In this document: in pieces, positions 1 to 13,244 of the stretch | Numbering within the stretch: the stretch's first letter is position 1 | How the letters are laid out: every line of letters begins with the position of its first letter | Origin: Macrostomum lignano | Lineage: Eukaryota | Reading direction: 5' to 3' | Length of the DNA: 64,000 bases | NCBI GenBank assembly: GCA_002269645.1 | Contig: NIVC01000082.1 | Span: 186,001-250,000 of the forward strand | Made by a program: the position numbers and the translations under genes | Notes under the pieces: generated by a model | The model's database searches: none | Told to the model about the DNA's origin: nothing | What the model saw: only the letters and a program-made list of their open reading frames with translations

Positions 1-76
1 TAAAACAGATCAATGAAGTTTCGAGCTTGTAAAAATTGCTTCAGCTCAAACAGTCAAACCGTCCAAACCCCCTCAG

Positions 77-3000
77 GTGCCGAAGTTCCTCCAGCACGGC
101 ACGCCCGTCAACAACCGTCGCATGACGAAACGCGACGCCAGAATTCACATCCGGGAGATTTGGGACGCAAGAAAACGCGAGAAAGACGAACAAGTGGCCG
201 CGTACGAGACAGGCGACGCTAAACCGTTGACGCCAATGGGCGACTTTGTTGACAGCCTGTTTCGCCAAATCTACGGCATTGAGCAGATCCGGGTGGAGTG
301 GGCCTACAGCTTCTACGACGCCTTGCAACGCTACGCCCAGGACGAGCGCTGCCAGCAGTTCTTCTCGGTGCTGATGGGCACCATGTCCGAGGAGGTCTAC
401 TGGGACGACATGCGAACTCTCGGCCGACTGTTGGACGCCTTCAAAACCAAGGACCCAAGCGGGTCCGGTCTGCTGGACAAGACCGAGTTTGCCGAGGTGA
501 TGCGCGAGTTTTTCCCAGGCAGAAACGACGACAAGTTCCAGGAGTTGACGGACGTGGCCGCTCAGGAGCTGGACACTGACGGCTCTGCGAAACTGGAGTT
601 CGACAAGCTGTTTATGACTGTGAGACTGCGGAGCTGTGCAGTACAGACAATTTTACACCAATGCACGCTTTGAATTCCGCTTGATAAGATTTACTATTGA
701 GCTTCCTTGCTAGCTTAGCCGTCTCTGTGGATTGAAACGGTCCCAGATCCTCAGTTGCTGGGCCAGCCTCTCAGAGTGTCGGTTGCTGGGCCAGCCTCCC
801 AGATCCTCATTTGCTGGGCCAGCCTCCCAGAGTGTCAGTTGCTGGGCCAGCCTCCCAGAGTGTCAGTTGCTGGGCCAGCCTCCCAGATCCTCATTTGCTG
901 GGCCAGCCTCTCAGAGTGTCGGTTGCTGGGCCAGCCTCCCAGAGTGTCAGTTGCTGGGCCAGCCTCCCAGATCCTCATTTGCTGGGCCAGCCTCTCAGAG
1001 TGTCGGTTGCTGGGCCAGCCTCCCAGATCCTCATTTGCTGGGCCAGCCTCCCAGAGTGTCAGTTGCTGGGCCAGCCTCCCAGATCCTCATTTGCTGGGCC
1101 AGCCTCTCAGAGTGTCGGTTGCTGGGCCAGCCGCCCAGATCCTCAGTTGCTGGGCCAGCCTGCCAGATCCTCAGTTTCTGGGCCAGCCGCCCAGATCCTC
1201 AGTTGCTGGGCCAGCCTCCCAGATCCTCAGTTGCTGGGCCAGCCTGCCAGATCCTCAGTTTCTGGGCCAGCCGCCCAGATCCTCAGTTGCTGGGCCAGCC
1301 TCCCAGATCCTCAGTTGCTGGGCCAGCCTCCCAGATCCCCAGTTGCTGGGCCAGCCTCCCAGATCCCAAGTTGCTGGGCCAGCCTCCCAGAGTGTCAGTT
1401 GCTGGGCCAGCATCCCAGATCCTCAGTTGCTGGGCCAGCCTCCCAGAGTGTCAGTTGCTGGGCCAGCCTCCCAGAGTGTCAGTTGCCAGCTCCCTCCAGT
1501 AGTCCCATGTAAGCCTAATGCCGCATTCAATTCTCACCTGTCCAGGATGACGAAGGCGAATTTGGGGCCTTCCTCAAAGACGTCAAAAAGCTGCTGCACG
1601 ACGAGAAGGAAAAGTACATCGCCGAGATGCGCAAAGAACTGGTCGATATTTCGTAAGTATGAACACATTTTGCTACTTAAAAACTGTGCGTTTTACTATG
1701 AGTAGAGTTGAATGAATTTCTGATGCTAAGTTTTGCTTATTTGCGCTATTTCTGGTACAACTTCAGCCATAAGAGACGAAGAGAGTTCAGGTAATAAGTT
1801 GCGGTGAACACGAAACGCTTTATCCAGAAATCAAAAAATTAATTTTATAAATGTTAATTCGACCTTTTTTGTTTGCTTGAAGGCATGTCCGATTTTAAAC
1901 CTACAGAATAATTTGCATGTACTCGTAAAAAAAAACTATGCAAGTAAAATACTGTGCTGCTTGAATTCAATTGCGGTCAACCCTCATTATGAAATTCTCT
2001 TTTTTAAAAATTGTGTTGTCATTCAGTGAAAAAGATGCTGCTTGCAACCAAATTGACTGATTTTGTTATTGTTTGTAGCAACAGTTATTCAAGTGCCGGA
2101 GGAGGCGGCAATACCAGCGACAATGACGAGGAGTCCTTATCCGAGCCCAGAGCTGTCGGCAGTCCTCGGTTTGTTAATTCCTCATTGTCCCACCTCATTG
2201 TCGTTATTTTTTGCCCTGGTGTAGGACAACGCATGCCGAACGTCTCAGCCTGAACTGCGGCACAAAATTAGCCCCTAAATGCATACCTTTTCCTTGTAGC
2301 CCAGCACTCCGCCACCCACCCCACTCCGCCAACCACCTCACTACGCCAACCACCCCACTCCGCCAACTATCTCACTCCTCCGCCAAACACCTCATTCCGC
2401 CAACCACCTCACTCCGCCAACTACCTCACTCCGCAAACCACTTCACTCCTCCGCCAATCACCTCACTCCGCCAACTACCTCACTCCGCAAACCACTTCAC
2501 TCCTCCGCCAACCACCTCACTTCGCCAACTACCTCACTCCGCAAACCACTTCACTCCTCCGCCAACCACCTCACTTCGCCAACTACCTCACTCCGCCAAC
2601 CACCTCACTCCGCCAACTACCTCACTCCTCCGCCAAACACCTCATTCCGCCAACCACCTCACTCCGCCAACTACCTCACTCCGCAAACCACTTCACTCCT
2701 CCGCCAACCACCTCACTTCGCCAACTACCTCACTCCGCAAACCACTTCACTCCTCCGCCAACCACCTCACTCCGCCAACCGCCAATAAGTCAATACTTAT
2801 AGACATGGATAAATGAAGTATTTAAAAATGTTTTACAAATAAGCATCAATATTTTAATGGCAATGCTGTCTCAATTAATATTGCATGTTTCTTGTCCTTT
2901 TGATACTGTTGCTCCTGCTGCTGCATCACGATCTAAATGTATATTTGGTGTCATCTTGGTGTTCCTGTGTCGTTTTGTAATTTATTCCATATCCTTTAAA

Positions 3001-3497
3001 GCAAGCAAGTGCACACATCTATACCCCGATTGCCTATTTTTGTGCATGTGTCTGCATGTGTACTTTAAGTGTCCTAATTTTTCGAGTTCGACCGGTGTAA
3101 GCTTGCGTACTCCTATCTATACCTGCATCCCTTGCACCAGTACCAGTACCGGGTTTGTGCACGGTTGTAAATCTCCGGTCGATCTTACTCTGTATGAGTA
3201 CGTAATTGTGATGCACTGTCACTAAGACAGTGCTTTGTAAAAATTATTACAAGAAAGCATTAAAACGTGATTCTCTGCGTTCACAGGGCCGACAAGCTGA
3301 CACCCGACGATTGCATCCGTGCCTTCGGCATTGTGGACCCGTCGCTGGACCCGACTAAGCAGGAGGAATATCTGCGATGGATTTTCAACGTGCCCAACAA
3401 GGAGGAAGATTATCGCAAAGCTGGCCCGCTAGATGTTGACACAGTGTGCGACAGAATGCTCAATGGGCCCATCAAGCGCATGGGGAAGCGATTGTAA
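77..3497 (+). CDS. TSNAXIP1: Translin-associated factor X-interacting protein 1-like, 3' exons (5' end outside the window)
   Basis: Exons 77-619 (cag|GTG CCG AAG..ACT|gtgaga), 1546-1652 (cag|GAT GAC..TC|gtaagt) and 3287-3497 (cag|G GCC GAC..TAA) join in phase. Peptide VPKFLQHGTPVNNRRMTKRD...IW..., EWAYSFYDALQRY, EEVYWD and an EF-hand-like DPSGSGLLDKTEF match my recollection of the TSNAXIP1 C-terminal half. Possible extra in-frame exons at 1767-1790 and 2079-2168. Confidence 0.72.
742..1490 (+). repeat. 28-bp intronic minisatellite, GTTGCTGGGCCAGCCTCCCAG + ATCCTCA or AGTGTCA
   Basis: Tandem 28-mers with a constant 21-nt part and two alternating 7-nt variants, inside intron 620-1545. Confidence 0.95.
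2310..2785 (+). repeat. C-rich degenerate minisatellite (CCAACCACCTCACTCCG-like units)
   Basis: Repeated ccaaccacctcactccg / ccaactacctcactcc units in a TSNAXIP1-like intron. Confidence 0.9.
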
Positions 3498-4358
3498 AGA
3501 AAAAACAATTAGATTTTAGGCACTGATGTTTTCTTATTGTTTCTTGTTTTAAGTGGCTCCTGTGATCTTTTTAGAAGCTGCGAGGTAGAAATTGTTCGCG
3601 CGAGAATTCTTATTGGCTGAGGATTCCCCCACCCCGTACGCAAAAAATCGAACAGCCCCACCTCACTCCGCGTGTACATTGCCTTTTAGACAAGCCCTAG
3701 CCCTCTACACCACCAGAAGCATTCTGATTGGCTGGTGTGAAATAGAAACCGCTGCCCCCTTGCCCTACCTCCAAACTTTTACGATCACATCGTTAATTGA
3801 CTGACGGAACTTTATTTTTTTCTGATGAAACTTTCACATGTAATAAAAACTATAAACAATAACTTTACTGCTGCTACTACAACTGCATATGCATATTATG
3901 GATTAGCAATGCTTCTATGGGATTTCACAATTACAAAAAATACTCTCACAGATGCAAGAATTAATCATACGTAAAAAACCTTATTGATGAGTTATTTTAG
4001 TCGAACCAAGTACTTTAAATATATATAAAATTTCTGAACTGTTTCCGAAATAAAAAATGAAATAATGTTTTTTCGAATAATCGCAATGTTTTGCTTTTGC
4101 AAACTTCAGCTGTACTAAAGTTGTGACTGTTTTTTACTTATATTCAAGTGATAGTTAAATAGTCAAATATGTTAAAAACAATTTTAAATTTAACTATAAA
4201 CCGATGCTTTTGTTATACCAAATATGTTTTTAATACCAAAAGGAAGCTTCAAACGCGCATTTATTTGAATAGAGTAAATTTGCATTAGGGATGGACAAAT
4301 TTTTGCTGAGGTTGCACCAGGGGCTTTAGCACCAGAGGCAAAGACTTAAGATTTTATC

Positions 4359-5975
4359 AGTGTGCTATGGCATCAGTGTGAGTGTGCTATGGCATCAGTG
4401 AATGTGCTATGGCATCAGTGTGAGTGTGCTATGGCATCAGTGAATGTGCTATGGCATCAGTGAATGTGCTATGGCATCAGTGTGAGTGTGCTATGGCATC
4501 AGTGAATGTGCTATGGCATCAGTGAATGTGCTATGGCATCAGTGTGAGTGCTATGGTATCAGTGAATGTGCTATGGCATCAGTGAATGTGCTATGGCATC
4601 AGTGTGAGTGTGCTATGGCATCAGTGAATGTGCTATGGCATCAGTGAATGTGCTATGGCATCAGTGAATGTGCTATGGCATCAGTGAATGTGCTATGGCA
4701 TCAGTGTGAGTGTGCTATGGCATCAGTGAATGTGCTATGGCATCAGTGTGAGTGTGCTATGGCATCAGTGAATGTGCTATGGCATCAGTGAATGTGCTAT
4801 GGCATCAGTGTGAGTGTGCTATGGCATCAGTGAATGTGCTATGGCATCAGTGAATGTGCTATGGCATCAGTGAATGTGCTATGGCATCAGTGAATGTGCT
4901 ATGGCATCAGTGTGAGTGTGCTATGGCATCAGTGAATGTGCTATGGCATCAGTGTGAGTGTGCTATGGCATCAGTGAATGTGCTATGGCATCAGTGAATG
5001 TGCTATGGCATCAGTGTGAGTGTGCTATGGCATCAGTGAATGTGCTATGGCATCAGTGAATGTGCTATGGCATCAGTGAATGTGCTATGGCATCAGTGAA
5101 TGTGCTATGGCATCAGTGTGAGTGTGCTATGGCATCAGTGAATGTGCTATGGCATCAGTGAATGTGCTATGGCATCAGTGTGAGTGTGCTATGGCATCAG
5201 TGAATGTGCTATGGCATCAGTGAATGTGCTATGGCATCAGTGTGAGTGTGCTATGGCATCAGTGAATGTGCTATGGCATCAGTGTGAGTGTGCTATGGCA
5301 TCAGTGAATGTGCTATGGCATCAGTGAATGTGCTATGGCATCAGTGTGAGTGTGCTATGGCATCAGTGAATGTGCTATGGCATCAGTGAATGTGCTATGG
5401 CATCAGTGTGAGTGTGCTATGGCATCAGTGAATGTGCTATGGCATCAGTGAATGTGCTATGGCATCAGTGAATGTGCTATGGTATCAGTGTGAGTGTGCT
5501 ATGGCATCAGTGAATGTGCTATGGCATCAGTGTGAGTGTGCTATGGCATCAGTGAATGTGCTATGGCATCAGTGAATGTGCTATGGCATCAGTGAATGTG
5601 CTATGGCATCAGTGAATGTGCTATGGTATCAGTGTGAGTGTGCTATGGCATCAGTGAATGTGCTATGGCATCAGTGTGAGTGTGCTATGGCATCAGTGAA
5701 TGTGCTATGGTATCAGTGAGTGTGCTATGGCATCAGTGAATGTGCTATGGTATCAGTGTGAGTGTGCTATGGCATCAGTGAATGTGCTATGGCATCAGTG
5801 AATGTGCTATGGCATCAGTGAATGTGCTATGGCATCAGTGAATGTGCTATGGCATCAGTGAATGTGCTATGGCATCAGTGAATGTGCTATGGCATCAGTG
5901 AATGTGCTATGGCATCAGTGTGAGTGTGCTATGGCATCAGTGAATGTGCTATGGTATCAGTGAGCGTGCTATGGT
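4359..5975 (+). repeat. 20/22-bp minisatellite TGTGCTATGGCATCAGTG(AA|TGAG)
   Basis: Highly homogeneous array of two length variants. Confidence 0.95.
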
Positions 5976-6285
5976 ACTCATGTGGTAATTTTTGAACGAT
6001 GCAAAAGTTAAGTTAGTGCAATGTGCACATAGTGTTAGTGCAATTTTACAATATATTTCATGGATTTTTGTGAGTAGTTTCTTTCTGCCATATATGAGAA
6101 CTACAAAAAGCAACTTATTTTTTTAGTAGGAGAATTATAGAGAATGTTTAAATAGAGTTACAACAGATTGCGAAACTGCGAAAATTTGTGAAGACATGAA
6201 CGAAATATTGATAAAATAGTTTTCATCAGGTATAAAAATCTATAAAAATGATGTAAATCAAAAGTTAGCTAATATTTAGCTAATA

Positions 6286-8285
6286 ATGTGTACACATCTG
6301 CTATTCGATTTCGCAATTATTTTCGATTTCGACTGATTCAACAGTACAAAATGTACATTCACATGCATGTAATGACTGCATCGGTCTAACGGTCTCTGAC
6401 TGTTTTTACCCTGGCTGCCTCTCTGGTGGCTTGTCTAAGGGTTGTGCGCAATCCGATTGGCCTGGCTTCGGCCAGCCCAATTTTCTAAGGGTCCGCCCCG
6501 GAGGGGCTGTGCCTATTCTAAAAATAACCCAATTCTTTTTTCGTACATTCCAATAATTTGGCCATCGGCCTTGGGTTAGGGGGGTGTACATGGAGTGAGT
6601 TGGAGATCTGGACTGCAGCGTGGCTAGAACGAGACTTGAGCCCCCGGTCGCACCCGCCCTGCAGGAAAGACGACCATTCACAAAAGTGTACGGTAGAGCC
6701 CAGTTGATGCCAGCCCTGAGGCTGTGCCCCGGGTTAGGGTTCAGGTGCTCCTCCTTTCTGCCAATCTTTTTTTTCTGGGCTGGCATCCCAGCGCGGTTTT
6801 ATCCCCTTGCTTTTATGCTTTTATTCTTTTATCTGGCCATTAGAAGCCTTCCAATTCTCGGAGTTATGAGCTCTGCCCTACCTGCCCGGTCCACCTTGCC
6901 TGCCTTGGTCCATCTGCTGGCTCCTCTGGTTGTCTCCCTGCCTATTGTGTCTTGGCTCTCATCTCTGACAGGAATTGGAGTCCTGGGTTGGAAGTTCGTC
7001 CCGAATCGGGGAAAACCGGCTGAGTCCGGTTTCCTCTTGCCCCTTGTGCCCCTCCCCCTTGGCCTGGCCCCCAATATTGAGCTGGATTGGCGATGCCCTT
7101 GTGGCTTGCAGCCCTATAGGAGGGTTTTTGTCTACTTTTACCTCTTGATAGGAGACTCGCCCTCGGATACAAGCCTTCCAGACTCGCTCCAATAGTCAAG
7201 CCCTATTCCAAGACTTCTGGGTTTCCCCGCTCTTGGACGGCTTTCAGTAGTATACCCAACATTTTCATTTCCAATTCTGTTTTTCGCGCACTCCCGAGGA
7301 CTTGTCTGCTGGGTGGGTGGCCTGGGTGGACTCGGTCTCAGCACCGTCCCTGATTCCACTTTTGGGTTGGCGGTGTCTTGTATCATAGGTTTGGGTTAGT
7401 AGCCCCAAAATTCCCCTGGCCTAGACGTCGGGGCCCAACCATGTGGGTATCTCGGGCTTAGGCCCCTGGAAGTGCCCCTCAGCGGCAGAGCCCAATTCAG
7501 GGCTGATCCGCGGGTTGCCCCCGGCCCATATTGCGGAAGGTGTAGTATACGCCGGAAAATTCCGGCGTACAAATGCTTTAGCTGGCGTACATCTGGCGTA
7601 CAAACGCTTTAAGTGGCTTACATCTGGCGTACAAATTCTTTGGCTGGCGTAAATCTATCGTAACCGGAGGAAATACAACCTCCAAGCACAATCATCTGCT
7701 TACAATTCTTAACTATACTTGTTCAAGCTTTCAGCGCAGCATACAAAAGCATTGATGTACGACACCATTACGTAAATTACGCTAAATAGTCAATGAAGTT
7801 ACTTTGCTAAGTTATGACAATAAATTGAATATTCAAGCAATATATTAAAGTTCTTTTTTAAAAATGTACGTTAAATAGTAGTAAACGTAAAAACTTTGTT
7901 TTACTAATTATTTTTGTTTTTTAAACGATGCATGTACGTTTTCTATTTTACTTTTTTTACGGTAATTTTTTGTGATGCGCGCCTCGGCATGCTTCTTTCA
8001 TAGTTTTTGTGCTTGTTAATCATGCATTTTTTATTGGCGTACAATTTACTAGAACCCTTAATTTGCGTACTTTATTGGCGTACACTTTACTATATAGCCA
8101 GATACTTTCCGGCGTACATATAACACGATCCGCAATATGGCCCCCGGCTTCCCACCCTCGTTTAACAACAACAAACAAACTGCTTTAACTTGCATGTGTA
8201 CACATCTGCTATTTGATTTCGCAATTATTTTCGATTTTGACTGATTCAACAGTACAAAATGCACATGCATGTAATGACTGCATCG
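6286..8285 (-). mobile_element. Degenerate GC-rich insert bounded by ~95-bp direct repeats; possible gag/protease remnant of an LTR element
   Basis: Direct repeats 6286-6383 and 8194-8285 (ATGTGTACACATCTGCTATT...GACTGCATCG). Minus-strand TFVNGR..ACC GGG (G)GCT CAA GTC TCG resembles a frameshifted xTGAQVS aspartic-protease motif. No intact ORF. Confidence 0.3.
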
Positions 8286-8489
8286 ACCAAGAATCAATTT
8301 TAGCTACCCCGAGTGTACATTGTACACTGTACGCTGATATACACCAAAGTCTACATTGATGCACGCATCGAGTGAAAAGGAAATTGTAAAGCAGTTGCCG
8401 GTGTGAAAATTAGCAAATCACCCCCGGGCGTGCACTCCCTTCTAGCCCTGATGCTCAAGCTCCAACCGATTTAGAATAAAAGAAGCACC

Positions 8490-8800
8490 AATCAACAGAT
8501 GCAACAGAACTTCTGAAATTAACAGAGCTTAGCAGAAGCAACAGAGGAAACAGAAAGAGAAGCAGCAAAAGCAAGCATCAGAAGCAACAGAAAGAGCGGA
8601 AAGATGTACATGTAATAGAAGCAACAGAAGCAACAGAAGCAGCAGAAGCAACAGAAGAAAATGAAAGAAGCAGCAGAAGCAGAAGCAACAGAAGCAGCAG
8701 AAGCAGCAGAAGCAACAAAAGCAACAGAGCCAGCAGAAAGATCAGAAGCAGAAAAGCAGCAGAAGCAACAGTAGCATCAAAAGCAACACAACAACGTTGT
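8490..8800 (+). repeat. Low-complexity (AGAAGCAAC/AGAAGCAGC)n tract
   Basis: Repeated agaagcaac/agaagcagc units just beyond the stop codon of the minus-strand gene ending at 8821. Confidence 0.8.
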
Positions 8801-8820
8801 TATTAACAACGCAAGCATCG

Positions 8821-9544
8821 TCATTCCGAAAGCAGCAGCCGCCGCCCGGCCTCAGCCAGGCGCTCACCCGCCTCGGTCCCCAGCCTCTCAAATCCGCCCA
8901 GCTGCTCGTCTACTCTCCTCAGTCGGACAAAATTTGCACTGAAAGCGTTCGACTCAGAGTTAAGCGACGCAACTAGCAAATCGCGCCTGAATGTCTCCTC
9001 TTCCTGCGTTGTCATGGCAACCGTTCCCCTTAGCGGCGGAGTCTTGGAACGCAGTTCCCAGGCGTAGCGGCCGAGCTGATTGTAGAGATTTAGGAAGCTG
9101 ATTTGGTCGTATTGGAGATGGCGAGAGTCAAAGAGGGCCTCATTCCAGTGCTTGGCGTGCTCCTTCAGCTTCACCGATACAGGGTTCTCTGTGTCAGCTG
9201 CATTTTGATGGGGTTTACTCATTAGGATTACTCGTTTACAACTTGTTCATCTTGAGTCCATTTTGAGTCGCTAGTCCATCTAGCAATTATGCAGCCCCTT
9301 GAAATTAAAATTGCAAAAGGAACAAACTGCCACGTGCATAAATAAAAATACACTTACCAGTCTGTACCATCTGTCGAGCAAAGCAGGAAAATGCACTACA
9401 AATGGGGTCCTCATTGCCAGATCCAACGTCAAAATGCGAATAAGACTTGGCGCACAACTCTTTGGCGATTTGATCCAGCTGGATTAAACCAGTTTTTAGA
9501 TTTGAATAGCGCTCCAGTAGATTGTTGTATAGGGTTGATATGTC
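8821..9544 (-). CDS. Two terminal exons of an uncharacterised all-helical protein (weak BAR-domain-like pattern)
   Basis: Exon 9544-9358 (cag|GAC ATA..ACT G|gtaagt) joins in phase 1 to exon 9197-8821 (cag|CT GAC..TGA), giving DISTLYNNLLERYSNLKTGLIQLDQIAKEL...ICSAFSCFARQMVQTADTENPVSVKLKEHAKHWNEAL... Upstream connection unresolved (candidate exons ~10414-10240 and ~12945-12885). Confidence 0.65.
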
Positions 9545-9614
9545 CTGAAGCAATAATTCAGTGGGATAGCTTTCGTATTCGGGTTGTACTTTAGTTTGTG
9601 GCGTTTTTGGTCAG

Positions 9615-9960
9615 CCTGGGAAGCAAGTCTACATAGATTGAATGGGGTGGTGGTTTTAATTGGCTTGGCGGGATTTAGTCAAAGGAGAGGAAGTGTACAT
9701 TGATACAGTGTTTATGGGTTTTAAATCGGTTCAGAGGGAACGGCCTGGAAAGCCAGTGTACATAGATTGAATGGGGTAGTGGTTTTAATTGGCCTGGCGG
9801 GATTCAGCCAAAGGAGAGGAAGTGTACGTCGTATATTGATATAGTGTTAATGAGTTTTAATCGGTTCAGAGGGAACGGCCTGGAAAGCCAGTATACATCT
9901 AGATTGAATGGGGTGGTGGTTTTAATTGGCCTGGCGGTGTCGGCCTGTGGAGCAAGTGTA
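9615..9960 (+). repeat. ~130-bp unit, ~2.5-3 tandem copies
   Basis: Recurrent GGAAAGCCAGTGTACATAGATTGAATGGGGTGGTGGTTTTAATTGGC and AATCGGTTCAGAGGGAACGGCC. Confidence 0.8.
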
Positions 9961-10239
9961 CATGGATTGTGTGTTGGGTGTGTGTTTAATTGCCCAGAGG
10001 AAAAGGCCCCGAGGAGCCAGTGTACATTGACATAGAATTTAGCCCATGCTAATATTTCTTAACAAAAGACAATTAACATATCCACACCACACCTCACATG
10101 CACTTACATTTAACCGTTTGTCCAAATTCTCCAATCCGATTCTTGAAAAATTCAAATCTGAGTCTTCTGAAAAATTATGTCCAGTTTGAAATTAAAATGT
10201 TTTGCAAGATTTCAAGAAACTTGAGCTGCATTCTCTTAC

Positions 10240-10414
10240 CTGAAATCTTTGACCTACGGTTATCAATGGATTTAGCGGTGTAGTGGTGCTCACTGGGATC
10301 TCTCTGCCTAGCCGGGACTTGATAAGTCTGATGATCCCTCGGTTGCTGGGGTCTGATCGGAGCGGAGTGCTGGTTGGCAATCAGACCGCTGCGCTCTGTG
10401 GGACCAGAGCTGGG
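10240..10414 (-). CDS. Candidate internal exon of the 8.8-15.5 kb locus (frame ambiguous)
   Basis: Strong acceptor ttttacattccag| at 10415 and donor CAG|gtaaga at 10239. One frame is fully open from 10414; another (TSTPLRSDP..GQRFQ) fits phase 0 into 9544. Confidence 0.45.
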
Positions 10415-10524
10415 CTGGAATGTAAAACAATAATTTTCGACAGTTCATTAAATTATGATATAAATATAGTTCATTATCTCATTACTATCTTAGTGTAGGC
10501 TCGATTTCATACCCCACGACACTA

Positions 10525-10792
10525 GTTTCATACCTACATGTACAGTGTCACAGTGTTATCTCATACCTATCTCACAGTGGTATCTCATACCCATCTCACA
10601 GTGGTATATCATACCTATCTCACAGTGGTATCTCATACCCATCTCACAGTGTTATCTCATACCCATCTCACAGTGGTATCTCATACCCATCTCACAGTGG
10701 TATCTCATACCCATCTCACAGTGGTATCTCATACCCATCTCACAGTGTTATCTCATACCTATCTCACAGTGTTATCTCATACCCATCTCACA
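10525..10792 (+). repeat. 24-bp minisatellite CAGTGGTATCTCATACCCATCTCA
   Basis: Tandem 24-mers; explains the VSHTHLTV ORFs. Confidence 0.95.
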
Positions 10793-11286
10793 ACCCCCTG
10801 AAGGTTAGATTCTCAAAACAATGTCTCATATTCGTCTCTTTAGTAAAACCAAGGCGCTAAAATTAATTAAGAAAACTCACCGGACTCAAAGTGGGGCAAA
10901 TGTTGCCCATTTAATATGTTAAATTATTTTTTAAAGCAAATCTACAAATTAATAGAGTTGAACTGAAAGTGCCTGAAAGTTGTGGTTCACACTGGGTGAC
11001 AGGCCCACATCGCAAACCAAATATAATTATATTTCAAAAGGACAGGCTGACAATGTACATATATTCGGCTCCCGCTGTCTTGTCATATCTGCGCGTGACT
11101 GGCTGAAATGTGCATATTCTTATCATCTACGCTCCTCTTGTTGCCTGCGTACTTAATCTGGCTCACCAGTGCGAACTTACGTATGCGCAGGGCTACTGAA
11201 GTAGGCAGAGTGTGTGTGAGAGAGATAGCCACACAGCAGAGTAACGCGCCGTAATTCAGATTTCACGTTCAAAAATATTGCTTATA

Positions 11287-12868
11287 TTGTCAAACTCTAT
11301 AGTGCAAACTGTGTCAGATTCTATAGTGCAAACTGTGTCAGATTCTATAGTGCAAACTGTGTCAGATTCTATAGTGCACACTGTGTCAGATTCTATAGTG
11401 CAAACTGTGTCAGATTCTAAAGTGCAAACTGTGTCAGATTCTATAGTGCAAACTGTGTCAGATTCTAAAGTGCAAACTGTGTCAGATTCTATAGTGCAAA
11501 CTGTGTCAGATTCTATAGTGCAAACTGTGTCAGATTCTATAGTGCAAACTGTGTCAGATTCTATAGTGCAAACTGTGTCAGATTCTAAAGTGCAAACTGT
11601 GTCAGATTCTATAGTGCAAATTGTGTCAGATTCTATAGTGCAAACTGTGTCAGATTCTATAGTGCAAACTGTGTCAGATTCTAAAGTGCAAACTGTGTCA
11701 GATTCTATAGTGCAAACTGTGTCAGATTCTATAGTGCAAACTGTGTCAGATTCTATAGTGCACACTGTGTCAGATTCTATAGTGCAAACTGTGTCAGATT
11801 CTATAGTGCAAACTGTGTCAGATTCTAAAGTGCAAACTGTGTCAGATTCTATAGTGCAAACTGTGTCAGATTCTATAGTGCAAACTGTGTCAGATTCTAT
11901 AGTGCACACTGTGTCAGATTCTATAGTGCAAACTGTGTCAGATTCTATAGTGCAAACTGTGTCAGATTCTAAAGTGCAAACTGTGTCAGATTCTATAGTG
12001 CAAACTGTGTCAGATTCTATAGTGCAAACTGTGTCAGATTCTATAGTGCAAACTGTGTCAGATTCTATAGTGCAAACTGTGTCAGATTCTATAGTGCAAA
12101 CTGTGTCAGATTCTATAGTGCAAACTGTGTCAGATTCTATAGTGCAAACTGTGTCAGATTCTAAAGTGCAAACTGTGTCAGATTCTATAGTGCAAACTGT
12201 GTCAGATTCTAAAGTGCAAACTGTGTCAGATTCTATAGTGCAAACTGTGTCAGATTCTATAGTGCAAACTGTGTCAGATTCTATAGTGCAAACTGTGTCA
12301 GATTCTATAGTGCAAATTGTGTCAGATTCTATAGTGCAAGCTGTGTCAGATTCTATAGTTCAAACTGTGTCAGATTCTATAGTGCAAACTGTGTCAGATT
12401 CTATAGTGCAAACTGTGTCAGATTCTATAGTGCAAATTGTGTCAGATTCTATAGTGCAAACTGTGTCAGATTCTATAGTGCAAACTGTGTCAGATTCTAT
12501 AGTGCAAGCTGTGTCAGATTCTATAGTGCAAACTGTGTCAGATTCTATAGTGCAAACTGTGTCAGATTCTATAGTGCAAATTGTGTCAGATTCTATAGTG
12601 CAAGCTGTGTCAGATTCTATAGTGCAAACTGTGTCAGATTCTATAGTGCAAGCTGTGTCAGATTCTATAGTGCAAACTGTGTCAGATTCTATAGTGCAAA
12701 CTGTGTCAGATTCTATAGTGCACACTGTGTCAGATTCTATAGTGCACACTGTGTCAGATTCTATAGTGCAAACTGTGTCAGATTCTATAGTGCAAACTGT
12801 CAGATTCTATAGTGCAAACTGTGTCAGATTCTATAGTGCAAACTGTCAGATTCTATAGTGCAAACTGT
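11287..12868 (+). repeat. 24-bp minisatellite ATAGTGCAAACTGTGTCAGATTCT
   Basis: Near-perfect tandem array; explains the 526-aa SDSIVQTV ORF. Confidence 0.97.
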
Positions 12869-13244
12869 AAAAAGAACAAACCCGAAGCAGTCCCAGCAGT
12901 TTGCTAATTCGATGTTGTCTGCTTCTCTGTAAAGCAGTCCTGCCTGAGGTGTATCCATTTATTTGAAAGCTACGAGTATAAGGCTCAGGTGCTTAAGCTC
13001 AGGTTAGAAACCAGACTATTTAATAAGAGTATATTATCATTCCATTCTCAAAATCCTTCTCAATGACCCGATTGACCCAGACAGAGCTTACAGTTGTAAT
13101 CAGCGCTTTAACCTCTTTAAGCTCCAGCGAATAACCCAGATAAGCATTTCTTATAGCTATAATAATCCTCACCCTTTAAAACTTTATTAATATACCATTT
13201 AATCCTTGCTTTAAATTTACTAATTCATCTATAATCATACCTTG

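Noticed and set aside
742-1490. CRISPR-like pattern (constant 21-nt repeat plus variable segment)
   Set aside because: The variable part is only 7 nt and has two recurring states rather than unique spacers. It lies in a spliceosomal intron with no cas genes, so it is a minisatellite.
11256-12858. 526-aa and 217-aa repetitive ORFs
   Set aside because: Translation of a 24-bp tandem array with no stops by chance; no unique coding context.
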